Source: Candidatus Altimarinota bacterium
GTDB lineage: Bacteria > Patescibacteriota > Gracilibacteria > CAIRYL01 > GCA-016699755
NCBI GenBank assembly: GCA_963664295.1
Contig: OY760935.1
Location: 544,001-608,000 of the forward strand
Direction of reading: 5' to 3'
Length of the DNA stretch: 64,000 nt
Shown: positions 18,588 to 31,453 of the stretch, one piece after another
Layout: every line of letters starts with the position of its first letter
Numbering within the stretch: the first letter of the stretch is position 1
Made by a program: the position numbers and the translations under genes
The notes under the pieces: model-generated
The model's input: only the letters and a program-made list of their open reading frames with translations
Database searches by the model: none
What the model was told of the DNA's origin: nothing

Positions 18588-21470
18588 TTACTTCAAAACA
18601 TTTTTCAAAAACTGCCCTGTATAACTTTTAGTGTTTTTGGCAACCTCTTCTGGTGTACCCTCTGCTACAATTTCCCCTCCTCCATCACCACCATCAGGAC
18701 CAAGATCAACCAAATAATCGCAATTTTTAATAACATCAAGGTTGTGCTCAATAACAAGCACTGTATTTCCTGTTTCCACAAGAGCATTAAGCACAGTGAG
18801 TAACCTTTCAATATCTTGAAAATGAAGACCTGTTGTAGGTTCATCTAAAATATACATTGTTTTACCTGTTGAGCGCTTGGAAAGCTCCGTAGAAAGCTTA
18901 ATTCTTTGTGCTTCACCACCAGAAAGAGTGACTGCACTCTGACCTAAGTGAATATAACCTAAGCCAACTTTTTCCAAAGTTTGTAATTTTTCTTTAATTT
19001 TTGGAACCTTGGAAAAAAACTCAAGTGCTTCATTGACAGTCATATCCAAAACATCAGCAATATTTTTACCTCTCCAGGTAATTTCTAATGTTTCTGCATT
19101 AAAACGCTTTCCTTTACATACTTCACAAGGCACAAAAATATCAGGCAAAAAATGCATTTCTATTTTTGTTAAGCCATCTCCAGCACAATGTTCACAACGA
19201 CCTCCTTTAACATTAAAAGAAAATCTGCCTGCTTTATAGCCTCTCAACTTTGCCTCTGGAGACTGCGCAAACAATTCACGAATATCTGTAAATACACCTG
19301 TATAAGTTGCTGGATTAGAACGAGGAGTTCTGCCAATTGGACTTTGGTCAATTACAATAACTTTATCTAATTTATCTGTGCCAATAACCTGATCATGTTC
19401 ACCAGCACTAGCATTCGCCCTATTTAATCTTTCTGCCAAAATCGGAGCAAGGATTTCATTTACCAATGTTGACTTACCACTGCCAGAAACACCAGTCACT
19501 CCAACAAAAACACCTAAAGGCACTTTTACATTTATGTTTTTTAAATTATGCTCACGAGCACCAACAATTTCTAAAAAATTACCATTACCTTTTTTGCGAG
19601 ATTTTGGAATAATAATTTGCTTTTCACCACTTAAAAACTGACCGGTGACAGATTTTTTTGTAGCCATTAACTCTTTTGGCGTTCCTGTAGCAACAACCTC
19701 ACCGCCATGCTTACCAGCACCAGGACCAATTTCCAAAAGATAATCTGCTTCACGCATCATATCTTCATCATGTTCAACAACAATCACAGTATTACCAATA
19801 CTCTGTAGCTCTCTAAGAGTTTTAATCAATTTTTCATTATCTTTTTGATGAAGACCAATAGATGGCTCATCTAAGACATAAATCACGCCTTGCAATTTTG
19901 ATCCTATCTGCGTAGCAAGACGAATTCTTTGCGCCTCACCACCAGACAATGTATTTGCTGCTCTGTCTAAAGTTAAAAAACCAAGACCAACTTGCTCCAA
20001 AAAAGACAAGCGACCTTTAACCTCTTGCACAATTAAGCGTGCAATTTCATTTTCTCTTTCTGATAAATTTTTAGGCAATTGATCAAAAAATTTATTCAAA
20101 GATATTATTGACATAGAGGCAATATCAACAATATTGATATCAGCTATTTTCACACTCAAAACTTCAGGTCTAAGCCTAGCGCCATTACAAGAAGAACAAA
20201 GTTCTGTTTCCATAAATTTTTCAATTTGCTTGCGAGCAAATTCACTATCAGTTTCTTTATATCTACGCTCTAAATTTGGCACAACTCCTTCAAATTTGGT
20301 CATAAAATCACCAGAAAATTTATCAGAGTCCATTTGCACAGAATACTCTTCATCACCAGTACCATACAAAATAATGCCTCTTTGCTTGTCAGTTAATTTG
20401 CCAATAGGAGTATTAACATCAAAACCATGTCTTTTAGCAACTGCTTTTAATATACGATAATTCCAGCTTTCACGAGAAAGCATATTAGCCCAAGGCAAAA
20501 TAGCACCCTCTGCAAGAGTAAGGCGTGGATTTGGCATCACTAATTCTTCTTTTACCATCAACTTACTACCCAGTCCATGACAAGCAGGACAAGCGCCAAA
20601 AGGAGAATTAAAAGAAAAATTACGAGGTTCAAGCTCAGAAATAACATTACCATGCTCTGGACAAGCAAAATTTTCAGAAAAAATCTCTTCTTCGCCGGTT
20701 TCAGCATCAAGAACAATTAATTTGCCTTTACCATGCTTCAAAGTAAGCTCAACTGAATCAGCCAAACGACTGCGTTCCGGGTTTGGTTCTTCAATTTTTT
20801 CACCAGTAGAAAGTTCTTTAAACTTTCTCTTAAAATTCTTCACCACCAAACGATCAATCACAATTTCAATAGTGTGCTTTTTCTTAGGATCAAGCTCAAT
20901 TTCCTCAGCCACAGACATAACATCACCATCAATACGCATACGAACAAAGCCCTCTCTGCGAATATTTTCAAGAATTTTTGCATGTTCACCTTTTTTGCCT
21001 TCAACAACAGGTGCTAATAAAATAGTTTTTTTACCCTCAGGAAAATCAGCGATAAAATCTACAATTTGCGAAGCAGTTTGTTTTTGTACCAATTTTCCAC
21101 ATTCAGGACAATAAACACGACCCGCCTTAGCAAAAAGAAGACGCAAATAATCACTAATTTCCGTCACAGTACCAACAGTAGAACGCGGGTTTCTGTGAGC
21201 CACTTTTTGATCAATAGAAATCGCAGGAGAAAGCCCAGAAATATTATCAACATCAGGTTTTTCCATCATACCCAAAAACTGGCGAGCAAAAGTAGACAAA
21301 CTTTCCACAAATCTGCGCTGACCCTCAGCAAAAATAGTATCAAACGCCAAAGAAGATTTACCACTACCAGAAAGACCAGTAATAACAACTAATTTATCTC
21401 GGGGAATTTTAACATCAATATTTTTAAGATTGTGAACACGAGCACCTTTGACGCGGATAAAATTACTCAT
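18588..21470 (-). CDS. uvrA: Excinuclease ABC subunit A
   Basis: Two ABC ATPase domains ([24 protein letters not shown] twice) and Zn fingers. Confidence 0.98.
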   Translation of the reverse strand: MSNFIRVKGARVHNLKNIDVKIPRDKLVVITGLSGSGKSSLAFDTIFAEGQRRFVESLSTFARQFLGMMEKPDVDNISGLSPAISIDQKVAHRNPRSTVGTVTEISDYLRLLFAKAGRVYCPECGKLVQKQTASQIVDFIADFPEGKKTILLAPVVEGKKGEHAKILENIRREGFVRMRIDGDVMSVAEEIELDPKKKHTIEIVIDRLVVKNFKRKFKELSTGEKIEEPNPERSRLADSVELTLKHGKGKLIVLDAETGEEEIFSENFACPEHGNVISELEPRNFSFNSPFGACPACHGLGSKLMVKEELVMPNPRLTLAEGAILPWANMLSRESWNYRILKAVAKRHGFDVNTPIGKLTDKQRGIILYGTGDEEYSVQMDSDKFSGDFMTKFEGVVPNLERRYKETDSEFARKQIEKFMETELCSSCNGARLRPEVLSVKIADINIVDIASMSIISLNKFFDQLPKNLSERENEIARLIVQEVKGRLSFLEQVGLGFLTLDRAANTLSGGEAQRIRLATQIGSKLQGVIYVLDEPSIGLHQKDNEKLIKTLRELQSIGNTVIVVEHDEDMMREADYLLEIGPGAGKHGGEVVATGTPKELMATKKSVTGQFLSGEKQIIIPKSRKKGNGNFLEIVGAREHNLKNINVKVPLGVFVGVTGVSGSGKSTLVNEILAPILAERLNRANASAGEHDQVIGTDKLDKVIVIDQSPIGRTPRSNPATYTGVFTDIRELFAQSPEAKLRGYKAGRFSFNVKGGRCEHCAGDGLTKIEMHFLPDIFVPCEVCKGKRFNAETLEITWRGKNIADVLDMTVNEALEFFSKVPKIKEKLQTLEKVGLGYIHLGQSAVTLSGGEAQRIKLSTELSKRSTGKTMYILDEPTTGLHFQDIERLLTVLNALVETGNTVLVIEHNLDVIKNCDYLVDLGPDGGDGGGEIVAEGTPEEVAKNTKSYTGQFLKNVLK

Positions 21471-21553
21471 TTTTGCTTATTAAAAAATTGTTCAATATCA
21501 AATTGACACTGAATTGCACACTAGCACGAAATTTTTAATAAAGCAAGGGTTTA

Positions 21554-22699
21554 TTAAGGAGTAGAAGGATTTACTCTTGAACGATTTATCAAACCAGTAA
21601 ATTGTTGTTTTATACTAAGCATTAACGAAAACAAGCCATCATGAGCCATTTTTACAAACTCATCTCTAAAAAAATTCTGCGTTAATAAATCAGCATTCTT
21701 AAAATCATCTTTTCCCTCTTTTCCTGTTCGAAAATTATACTTTTTTGCCAATTTATCAAACACATAAGCAAAATAAACTTTATTAAACTCATAGCTCTCA
21801 ACTCTTATATCAAGATTTTTAACATAATGATCAACTGTCTCAATAAAATCATCATTATCCAAAACAGAAAGTTCTGTAACCACAGAAAGAGCATCATCAA
21901 ATTGCGCAAGAGTGTACATACGACCCTCATAACCAAGTTTATAGTCTCTAAAGTCAGATATTTGAGCAATCTCTTCTTTAAAAAAATTATAAAAAAGCAA
22001 ATGACCAGACTCATTAGCAAGAATTTGCCCTTGCTTTTCCTTAATAGCCTCTGGCGAAGCATTGTTTGCTTTCATTTCCTTTTTTATTAAGCCAGCAAAA
22101 ATGATCACCCTGTTATCAGTTGGCTCTGACATACCATAAGGCCTGATATATGCATTTCCAACCCGAGTAGTCCGATACAAACTATCTGTTAAATCTTCAT
22201 CCAAAAACAAAACATCAATCGGAGGACATTGGGACAAAATAGTGTTATCTGGAAAATATTTGTTAATTCCATGCTTCTTTTTCGCTAATATCGGACAACA
22301 ACAAATATCAAACAAAAAAGCCCTTTCTTTTTTCTTGTTAAGCAAAGGAGTTATGTGCACATCAAAATAATAACCCCAAGAAAGCATTAACTCCTTTAAG
22401 CGACTTTTAAATTGAGATTTTGGCGTATTTTCAAAATATTTTTTTAAATGCGGATGATTTTTAAACTCCACCATGAGATTATTAAAAGGCTCTTGATAAT
22501 CACGCTCAAGCTCTTTTATGTCTGTAGTGAAGGCTTTTCCAGAAGCAATAAAATCATTGGTAATTTTTATAATAGTATCTATTACAAATTGCTTAGTTTT
22601 CTCTGTGTCTTCCTTTAAATGAAGTTTTTTTTGCTCTATTTCAGGATTTTGTAATCTTTTTTCTGGAATTTTTGGGGAATTTTCTGGGGTTTTTGCCAT
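21554..22699 (-). CDS. Hypothetical protein
   Basis: 381-aa ORF; Pro/Glu-rich N-terminus; NESGH resembles a degenerate HExxH. Confidence 0.75.
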   Translation of the reverse strand: MAKTPENSPKIPEKRLQNPEIEQKKLHLKEDTEKTKQFVIDTIIKITNDFIASGKAFTTDIKELERDYQEPFNNLMVEFKNHPHLKKYFENTPKSQFKSRLKELMLSWGYYFDVHITPLLNKKKERAFLFDICCCPILAKKKHGINKYFPDNTILSQCPPIDVLFLDEDLTDSLYRTTRVGNAYIRPYGMSEPTDNRVIIFAGLIKKEMKANNASPEAIKEKQGQILANESGHLLFYNFFKEEIAQISDFRDYKLGYEGRMYTLAQFDDALSVVTELSVLDNDDFIETVDHYVKNLDIRVESYEFNKVYFAYVFDKLAKKYNFRTGKEGKDDFKNADLLTQNFFRDEFVKMAHDGLFSLMLSIKQQFTGLINRSRVNPSTP

Positions 22700-22758
22700 T
22701 TTATTTTTATATATTGTATTATTTTAACATAAAAAATATAGTTTGGCAAAAAGGAAAT

Positions 22759-24513
22759 TTAACCAGGTTTATTCGTTCTTTCAATTTTATCAATAAGCCC
22801 ACCTAAATGATAAACATATCTTTCTGCCCGTTTTTTGTCTCTTTTGTCTTTAGCTTTATCTTTTAATATTTTTAACTCATCCCTGTCTGCTTTAAATTTT
22901 TCTAAGTTATGACAACCTAAATTAAACAAAATAATAAATAACTCATAAGCACCTTCTTGTTGTTGTTGCATAAAACCTTGCATTTGATCGCTTCCTTCAA
23001 TATAATCAAACACTACAATATGACTAATATAGCCAAACGTTTTTTGTGTTTTTATAAGCAATTCTAAATCATTTCGCAAAAACATATAATATATTAAGCT
23101 TGATAAAGTTATAGGATCTGCTTCTGGAAAAATGTCGCTAAACACTGAGTCTAAATGGCTATCATAATCTTCTGTATTTTTTGTTACTATTTGTTTTTTT
23201 AAATTGCTATTTATATGATCAAGAATAGATTCTTTTGCAATTAATACGATATATCGAATTTTTTCATCTTTATTACTTATATTGCCTACTGTTATTTTCC
23301 ATTCTCTAGGAAAATCAATATCATTAATTAATGTGCCAGCTTTCAAGTTATTATTTTTATAAATAACATTTAAAAAACTATTAAACAAAGATTTAAAATG
23401 GTATTCTTTTCTTTTTAGTTCAATATCGATGTCAATTACTTCTCTTTTTAGTTCCTCAATTTCACTAACTTTTTCACTTACATACTCTTTGAAAATTTTA
23501 TAAAAATAATAACTTGCACCAACGCCTTGATGAACCAACATTTCTTCAGTTAATGTTTCAAGAAAATCTTTAAAAACATCCCATTCGTAAAATTCCATAT
23601 AAGGACTTTCTCTTTTCTGATTTATTAATCTATGGTGCACTTTCTGCATCTCGTAAAGTCTATCATGCCACTCTAAAACTTTTAGTAAAACATTTCTTCC
23701 GAAAATATTAACCCTTTGCTCTCTAATATTGTCAAAATAAGTTCTTGCTAAACTTACAGCAAAAACAATATTTTTGTTTTCTATGGCACTATCCACTTGC
23801 CTAATGAGTTCATTAAAAAAATCTTTTTTAAGATATTCATTTTGACTAAAATTTTTCCAATATTCTTGCCAATATCCTTCTATATGTTTGTTGTCCTGAT
23901 TTATTTTAAAATTTCTAATTTTTAAATATTCTAATATAAAATCATTTCTTTCGCCTTTTACATATTTAATTATGTCAAAAAATGCATTTTTAATAGGCAA
24001 AACGCCAATTAAAAAAATCAATAAAGATATAAATCTTATTTTTACATCCATTATCAAATTAGAATTATAAAAAAAAGAAAGCAATAAAAGGCTAACTACA
24101 GAACAACAAAAAAGCCTCCTCGTCTTAAACACATGTTCAATTAAAACATGTATATCAAAAGTATTATCTTGCTTGAAATTACTTTCTGCACATTCTTTAT
24201 CTTTTTTTTCTTTTTTTCTTATTTCACCTTGCAAAAGAGCAATCATAAAAGGAATCAGTATTGTTAAGCCACCTAAAATAACTGTTTGAAAAAGAGAAGG
24301 ATCAAGATATGTAAACAAAAAATCAATTAAATTAACAAACTTCAAATGTAATATGTTCCACTCCCATAAAAATTTATTCTGATAATCACTAAAAATTTCA
24401 ATTAAATAAGGGGTAAAAAACGTAAAACAAAACAAAATAGATAAGAATAAAATAAGGTATTTATCTTTGATAGATTTTGCAACACTTGTTGCTGTCTTTT
24501 GTATATTTTTCAT
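22759..24513 (-). CDS. Hypothetical membrane protein (about 4 N-terminal TM plus large helical domain)
   Basis: 584-aa very AT-rich ORF directly downstream of the 16S gene. Confidence 0.75.
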   Translation of the reverse strand: MKNIQKTATSVAKSIKDKYLILFLSILFCFTFFTPYLIEIFSDYQNKFLWEWNILHLKFVNLIDFLFTYLDPSLFQTVILGGLTILIPFMIALLQGEIRKKEKKDKECAESNFKQDNTFDIHVLIEHVFKTRRLFCCSVVSLLLLSFFYNSNLIMDVKIRFISLLIFLIGVLPIKNAFFDIIKYVKGERNDFILEYLKIRNFKINQDNKHIEGYWQEYWKNFSQNEYLKKDFFNELIRQVDSAIENKNIVFAVSLARTYFDNIREQRVNIFGRNVLLKVLEWHDRLYEMQKVHHRLINQKRESPYMEFYEWDVFKDFLETLTEEMLVHQGVGASYYFYKIFKEYVSEKVSEIEELKREVIDIDIELKRKEYHFKSLFNSFLNVIYKNNNLKAGTLINDIDFPREWKITVGNISNKDEKIRYIVLIAKESILDHINSNLKKQIVTKNTEDYDSHLDSVFSDIFPEADPITLSSLIYYMFLRNDLELLIKTQKTFGYISHIVVFDYIEGSDQMQGFMQQQQEGAYELFIILFNLGCHNLEKFKADRDELKILKDKAKDKRDKKRAERYVYHLGGLIDKIERTNKPG

Positions 24514-24656
24514 AAGAATTTATTTTACATAAAAAACAACAAAATACAAAAATTGTTTCATAAGAATTTTCCCAAATAACAAAAAAGTTCCCAACACAAA
24601 CGACATAAGAACAAAAAATTTCAATCTCCGATGTGTAAAAACATCAGTAATCCCTT

Positions 24657-26160
<1,504 letters not shown>

Positions 26161-26315
26161 AACTATATAATTTCGCATAAGCGAAATTGATTTCAAAAGA
26201 ATGATCACTCTTCTGCTTAAAAGCAGAAGGGCTTTCGACTTAATTAGCGAGATTCTTTTTCAATATTTTTCTTGGGCAAAAGATCTCCAAAACCCAAGTC
26301 GTCTTATGCCGTTAG

Positions 26316-26385
26316 TGTTAAAGAACTTTCCTACGCTCCCCATGAGCGCGAAGCACATTTTCTCTTGTTAATTTATTTTTGTCAA
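26316..26385 (-). promoter_or_regulatory. rRNA promoter and boxA
   Basis: TTGACA-N17-GAAAAT (26357-26385), then GTTCTTTAACA (26316-26326); leader CGGCATAAGA can pair with trailer TCTTATGTCG as a processing stem. Confidence 0.7.
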
Positions 26386-26476
26386 TATTTTTTTAAGCTT
26401 TTTTTTATAAAAACTAACTTATCAATTTACTTTTGCTACTTTTTTAGTTATAATTATATTAAATTTAGTAATAAAA

Positions 26477-27028
26477 ATGTCTGATCCATTTTCACGAGAA
26501 GCTGATTATTTAGACAGAAAACTGCGCAAATTTAGAAATAGTTTATTTCCTTTTTTCTTTTTTGCTATTCCTTTTGTTTTATTTTTTATTTTCACTGCCT
26601 TTGTTGGAGCTGTAATTTTAGTTTCTTATGTAGATTTTTATATCCTTGGTCACGAATATCCTAACTTATACATACCAATTCTTTCACACGAAAATCAAAC
26701 AGGTGTTGAGCAAATCCCTGAAATGTACAAAATAAGTTTAATAATTATTCCTATTATTCTTTACATTTTTGTTGGCGGTATTATTAAAAAATTCTTTGGC
26801 TTAATTGGACACTTTTTTAATAGTTTTTCTCTTACATTAGATAGTGAAGAGCGTCAAAAAGCTGTAAATATATTAAAGGCAACTCCGCTTACATTAAAAG
26901 AGGCTAGAAAATTTACTGATTCCAATAGAGAATTTAATAAAATTATTTCTGTTTTAAAATTCGCAGAAATGATCTGGATAAAACAAGGCTATGTTTACCA
27001 AATTGGTGCTATTTTAGCTGGTTTTTAA
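26477..27028 (+). CDS. Hypothetical membrane protein
   Basis: 183-aa ORF with two hydrophobic segments. Confidence 0.7.
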   Translation: MSDPFSREADYLDRKLRKFRNSLFPFFFFAIPFVLFFIFTAFVGAVILVSYVDFYILGHEYPNLYIPILSHENQTGVEQIPEMYKISLIIIPIILYIFVGGIIKKFFGLIGHFFNSFSLTLDSEERQKAVNILKATPLTLKEARKFTDSNREFNKIISVLKFAEMIWIKQGYVYQIGAILAGF

Positions 27029-27092
27029 TTAAAAATTGACCAAAAACAGGTTTAAGCCTAAAATAAAACCTGTTTTTAATTATTAGCCAAAA

Positions 27093-28628
27093 GTGCTAGC
27101 CAAAGTTTATTCAATGACAACCGTAGGCTTAATCCCCGAAATAATTGAAGTTGAGGTTGATTTAGCCAATGGATTGCCATCTTTTACTATTGTTGGACTT
27201 GGCGACACTGCAGTACAAGAGTCAAAAGAAAGAATTAGAAGTGCAATTAAAAATAGCAATCTTGTTTTTCCGCTAAAGAGAATAACAGCCAACCTTGCTC
27301 CTGCAGATATTCGCAAAACAGGTCCTAGTTTTGATTTGCCCATGGCTGTGGGCATGCTTTTGGCCTCCGGACAAATAGAAAATACTGACCTAGAAGATAG
27401 TGTTTTTGTTGGCGAACTCGCTCTCGAAGGCAAACTCCGTCACACAAACGGAATTTTGCCCATTGCCACTGAGGCAAAGAAAAAAGGCTTTAAAAAGATA
27501 TTTTTACCAAGCATAAATGCCAAAGAAGCAGCTTTGATAAAAGACTTAGAAGTATATGCAATAGACAATCTCGAAGACTTATTTTCTCACTTTAACAACG
27601 AAAAAAAACTCTCTAAATTTCCTGAAATAAGTTTTGAAGAAATATTCGAAGAAGATAATTACGAAGAAGATTTTACTTATATAAAAGGGCAAGAACACGC
27701 CAAAAGGGCAATGGAAATAGCTGCCGCTGGTGCACATAATTTATTGATGAATGGAGCGCCCGGAGCTGGAAAAACCCTGATGGCAAAAGCATTTCGCACA
27801 ATCCTGCCAAAAATAACCCAAGAAGAAGCTTTTGAGGTTAGTAAAATATTTTCAATAGCAAACTTGTTGCCAGAAAACACACCATTAATAACAACAAGGC
27901 CATTTAGAACAGTTCATCACACAGCTTCTGATGTTTCTATTGTTGGCGGAGGAAAAGTCCCCCGCCCTGGAGAGATTTCCCTTGCCCATAAAGGAGTCTT
28001 ATTTCTTGATGAGCTTTCTGAGTTTCCCGGACAAGTTTTGGAGGTTTTGCGTCAACCATTAGAAGACCGCAAAATAACAATCTCCCGTGCTCAAGGATCA
28101 GTCAGTTTTCCTGCTCATTTCAGCCTAATTGCTGCCATGAACCCTTGTCCATGTGGCTATTTTGGCGTACCAGATACAAACAAAGAATGCACTTGCTCTT
28201 CTGGACAAATTTCTCGTTATCGCAAAAAAATCTCCGGCCCGCTTCTAGACAGAATTGATTTATTCATAGACATTTCCCCTGTTAAATTTGAAAAACTAAA
28301 AAGCAGAGAATCATATGGAGAAGGCTCAAAATCAATCAGGAAAAGAGTACAAAAAGCCCGTGATATTCAGGAAAATCGCTTTGCAAATGAAAATATTTTC
28401 ACTAATTCAGAAATGAATGTGAAACAAGTAGAAAAATATTGCCTTATTCCTGAAGAAGCTGAGGATTTAATGCGCAATGCCATGCGCCAATTCAATCTTT
28501 CCGCTCGTGGTTATCATCGTGTATTAAAACTAGCCCGCACTATTGCCGACCTAGAAGGCGAAGAAAATATTTCCCTACAACACATTGCCGAAGCTTTGCA
28601 ATTTCGACCTAAATTGGAGGAGTTATAG
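27093..28628 (+). CDS. comM: YifB/ComM Mg-chelatase-like AAA+ ATPase
   Basis: IVGLGDTAVQESKERIRSA, NLAPAD, GAPGAGKT, GEISLAHKGVLFLDE, AAMNPCPCG, SGPLLDRID. Confidence 0.93.
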   Translation: MLAKVYSMTTVGLIPEIIEVEVDLANGLPSFTIVGLGDTAVQESKERIRSAIKNSNLVFPLKRITANLAPADIRKTGPSFDLPMAVGMLLASGQIENTDLEDSVFVGELALEGKLRHTNGILPIATEAKKKGFKKIFLPSINAKEAALIKDLEVYAIDNLEDLFSHFNNEKKLSKFPEISFEEIFEEDNYEEDFTYIKGQEHAKRAMEIAAAGAHNLLMNGAPGAGKTLMAKAFRTILPKITQEEAFEVSKIFSIANLLPENTPLITTRPFRTVHHTASDVSIVGGGKVPRPGEISLAHKGVLFLDELSEFPGQVLEVLRQPLEDRKITISRAQGSVSFPAHFSLIAAMNPCPCGYFGVPDTNKECTCSSGQISRYRKKISGPLLDRIDLFIDISPVKFEKLKSRESYGEGSKSIRKRVQKARDIQENRFANENIFTNSEMNVKQVEKYCLIPEEAEDLMRNAMRQFNLSARGYHRVLKLARTIADLEGEENISLQHIAEALQFRPKLEEL

Positions 28629-28829
28629 AAATGCCATTGAAAAAAGAAATGCCATTGAAAAAAGAAGCGTCATTGCAAAAACAACGCCAAAGGCGGAGGA
28701 CATGACAATTTATAAGAAAGTGTTATTCTGAGTAAACTCATTCATTCTGTCATTATCGGGCTTGACCCGATAATCCAGTGGAGATCTTAGGCGGTTTTCT
28801 GAATTGCCTGATCAAGTCAGGTAATAACA
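28628..28829. repeat. REP-like cluster 1 (TGTCATT-tagged palindromes) plus an 18-bp tandem duplication
   Basis: GAAATGCCATTGAAAAAA twice; GTCATTATCGGGCTTGACCCGATAATCCAG, with a near-identical copy at about 35432. Confidence 0.75.
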
Positions 28830-28931
28830 AAAACAAACACAACAAAAAAGCGAGTAAGAAACTCACTCACAAAAAAAACTCGGTAAGGGGTGGCAAAGCC
28901 ACCCCAATACCGTATCCCATCTCGTTTGCGA

Positions 28932-29876
28932 TTACTTCTTCTCGAGGATCACAATCCTCTCGAAGTCTTTCAGAGCCTCTTCGTTACAAGTGCCCTCGTA
29001 AATTTTAACAGAGGAAAGACCTCTAGAATGCAACAGCGTGTCAAGCGTCTCCGGAAGGAAGTCGCCACTTTCAATGGCAACCTCTTCATTCGGAAAGCTG
29101 TCGGCAATTGCAGCGGCTATGTTGCCGCTGATATAGGGAATTCGCATCTTCAAACTGCCAGGAAACCTTTTTAGTTCCCGAATGGTAGCTGCCGCTTCCC
29201 AGCCGATGGTGCAAGTCATCTTGCTGACTTGAAAGTCGCAAAGCTGCCTTGCTGTCTCGATATTGAGACACCCCCCCTCCAGGTCAAGTGCGAGGCCGTC
29301 AAATTTGGCCAATGATGCCAGATTCTGGCCAGGACCACAGGCAATTGCCAGCTTTTGACCGCCGAATTTCGCCAGCTGATCAAAAACATCAGCAGGCACA
29401 ACAATGTTGCCGTCAAAGGCAACCCGCAGCTTAGAGCCACGAAAACTCGCCAGCTCCCTAGCCATCTCAACACTAGGAGAGGTGGCAAAGGTAACTTCAA
29501 GGGTACTGCCCTTGAAATTAGCAACTCGAGAAACAATCCTCGAGTCAGCTTTTTCCGTAAAGGAGACCTTTAAACAGTCACCACGAAAACGGGATATCGC
29601 CCATGCCTGCCAAATACTCAGGCCTTTGTCTTGCTTGTAGGTGTACAACACCTCGCCTACAGCAAAATCGAAAGCTCTTTCATAGTACTTTGAGGGCTCC
29701 ACAGTCAAGATAACAAACTTTTGGGGAATGTTCTTAATTGCCCCAAAGGAAATCTTACGCCCATAAGGGTAAGCGGTTGCTGAAGCATTATGCCCGTTGG
29801 CTAGCGCAGAACTTGCGGTAAGGGTGAACATGAGAACAACAGCGGTTGCCAAAAGGACCATACTTCGAGTATTCAT
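28932..29876 (-). CDS. Secreted protein with LRR-like LxxFxGxxLxV repeats
   Basis: Sec signal peptide (..ASSALA); about 7 repeats of about 23 aa; visibly GC-richer than neighbours; AGGAG upstream. Confidence 0.75.
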   Translation of the reverse strand: MNTRSMVLLATAVVLMFTLTASSALANGHNASATAYPYGRKISFGAIKNIPQKFVILTVEPSKYYERAFDFAVGEVLYTYKQDKGLSIWQAWAISRFRGDCLKVSFTEKADSRIVSRVANFKGSTLEVTFATSPSVEMARELASFRGSKLRVAFDGNIVVPADVFDQLAKFGGQKLAIACGPGQNLASLAKFDGLALDLEGGCLNIETARQLCDFQVSKMTCTIGWEAAATIRELKRFPGSLKMRIPYISGNIAAAIADSFPNEEVAIESGDFLPETLDTLLHSRGLSSVKIYEGTCNEEALKDFERIVILEKK

Positions 29877-30063
29877 AGCAAATCTCCTTCCTAATACTAA
29901 GGGGATAATAATGTTTCAATCTGAGGGTTAATATTTACTAGAAGTCTCCTATGGACTCCTAGTGCCTAATGTGAATCTACTGCAATCTAAAGGGTTAAAC
30001 TCCAAACTGCCGGGTCCTTTATATCTGCTTAGACAACCTCCTTACTTCCTGTGGATAGATGTT

Positions 30064-30210
30064 AATAAAAATCGCAAAGAGTTGGACTACCAACTTTTGC
30101 GATTACGCACACACAAGGTGTGGTTATTGTTGAAAGTTAATAGTCCACTCTTCACAGCCAAGTTGTTAAAGAACAGTCGTGTATTATACATCTTTTTTTA
30201 TTATTGTCAA
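30064..30210 (-). promoter_or_regulatory. Promoter, boxA and intrinsic terminator leader
   Basis: TTGACA-N16-TATAAT (30183-30210); TGTTCTTTAACA (30164-30175); hairpin at 30070-30104 followed by a U-rich tail. Confidence 0.65.
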
Positions 30211-30271
30211 GGGTAAAGTAATTTTATCCACAATAGGCAAACAACTAAAATCCTGCTAAAATCAGGCAAGA

Positions 30272-31453
30272 ATGAAAAAAGCACAAAACAGCAAAGGAAA
30301 ATTACTAATAGTGAAATTTCCTCTTGAATCAGCCTGGGGAGGAGAAGAGGAAATCCACCTACTTCTTGCAAAAGAATTGCGAACCAAAAACTACGAAATA
30401 GGGCTTTTAACCTCCTGTCCTCACTTATCCAAAGCTTTTATTGAACAAAATTTTTATACAAAAAAACTTATTTATTTTCCAGACCCGGTTAGTAAAAAAT
30501 CCTTAATAATTTTTCCAATAACTGCGATTTATTTTTTCTTTTTGGGTTTGTTTTTTCTTGGATTTTTTCGAGCAAAAGGCTATAAAAAAGTGCTTTTTTT
30601 GCGCTTGGGAGAAAAAATTATCTGGACTCCATTGGCAAAATTATTTGGATTTCAGGTTTTTTGGGGTGAACATATTGAATTTGGCAAATGGATGCACAAA
30701 AATCCACTTTTACCTTTATGGAAATTTTGGAGTAAAAAAGCTGTTTTCGTCACTCCATCAAACACACTAAAAAAACAAATAAATAAATTAACCAATGCTC
30801 CTGTGCAAGTTTTACCCAATGCCCTTGCTCCATCAAAAGATTTATCATCAAAAAAACCTTCAAAACAAGCTTTAATACAATTCTTGAATAAAAAATTTAT
30901 ACAAAAATTTAAAAATACTGATATTTTTATAGGTTATGCTGGCAGATTATCCCGAGAAAAAGGCTTAGAAATGCTAATCGAAATTGCAGAAAAAGTGGTT
31001 AATAAAAACAAAAATGTCTATTTTGTGCTCGCTGGCGGTGGCTCAGAAAAAGAAAAACTAATGCGCATGATTAAAGGTAGAGATTTAGAAAATAAAATTT
31101 ATCTCTTGGGCTTTCTTGAAAAACAGCAATTAGCTGATTTTTATCTTGGCTTAGATATTTTTTGCCTTTTTTCCGACACAGAATCTTTTGGAATATCACT
31201 TCTTGATGCCATGAGCGCGCGCTTGCCTCTTGTTGGCAGAAACAGAGGCGCAATTCCTGAGGTAATTCAAGAAAACAAAACTGGTCTAATCATAGAAACT
31301 AAGCAAGAAGCAGTGGAGGCAATCGAAAAACTAATTAAAAACCCAAAATTGCGCGAAAAAATGGCTAAAAATTCACGCAGTTTTTACAAAAAACATTTTA
31401 CTGCTAAAGTTTTTGCGGATAACGCAGAAAAAATTTTTTTCTTGAATAAATGA
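30272..31453 (+). CDS. Glycosyltransferase family 4
   Basis: WGGEE, AGRLSREKG, ESFGISLLDAM, GAIPEVI. Confidence 0.92.
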   Translation: MKKAQNSKGKLLIVKFPLESAWGGEEEIHLLLAKELRTKNYEIGLLTSCPHLSKAFIEQNFYTKKLIYFPDPVSKKSLIIFPITAIYFFFLGLFFLGFFRAKGYKKVLFLRLGEKIIWTPLAKLFGFQVFWGEHIEFGKWMHKNPLLPLWKFWSKKAVFVTPSNTLKKQINKLTNAPVQVLPNALAPSKDLSSKKPSKQALIQFLNKKFIQKFKNTDIFIGYAGRLSREKGLEMLIEIAEKVVNKNKNVYFVLAGGGSEKEKLMRMIKGRDLENKIYLLGFLEKQQLADFYLGLDIFCLFSDTESFGISLLDAMSARLPLVGRNRGAIPEVIQENKTGLIIETKQEAVEAIEKLIKNPKLREKMAKNSRSFYKKHFTAKVFADNAEKIFFLNK

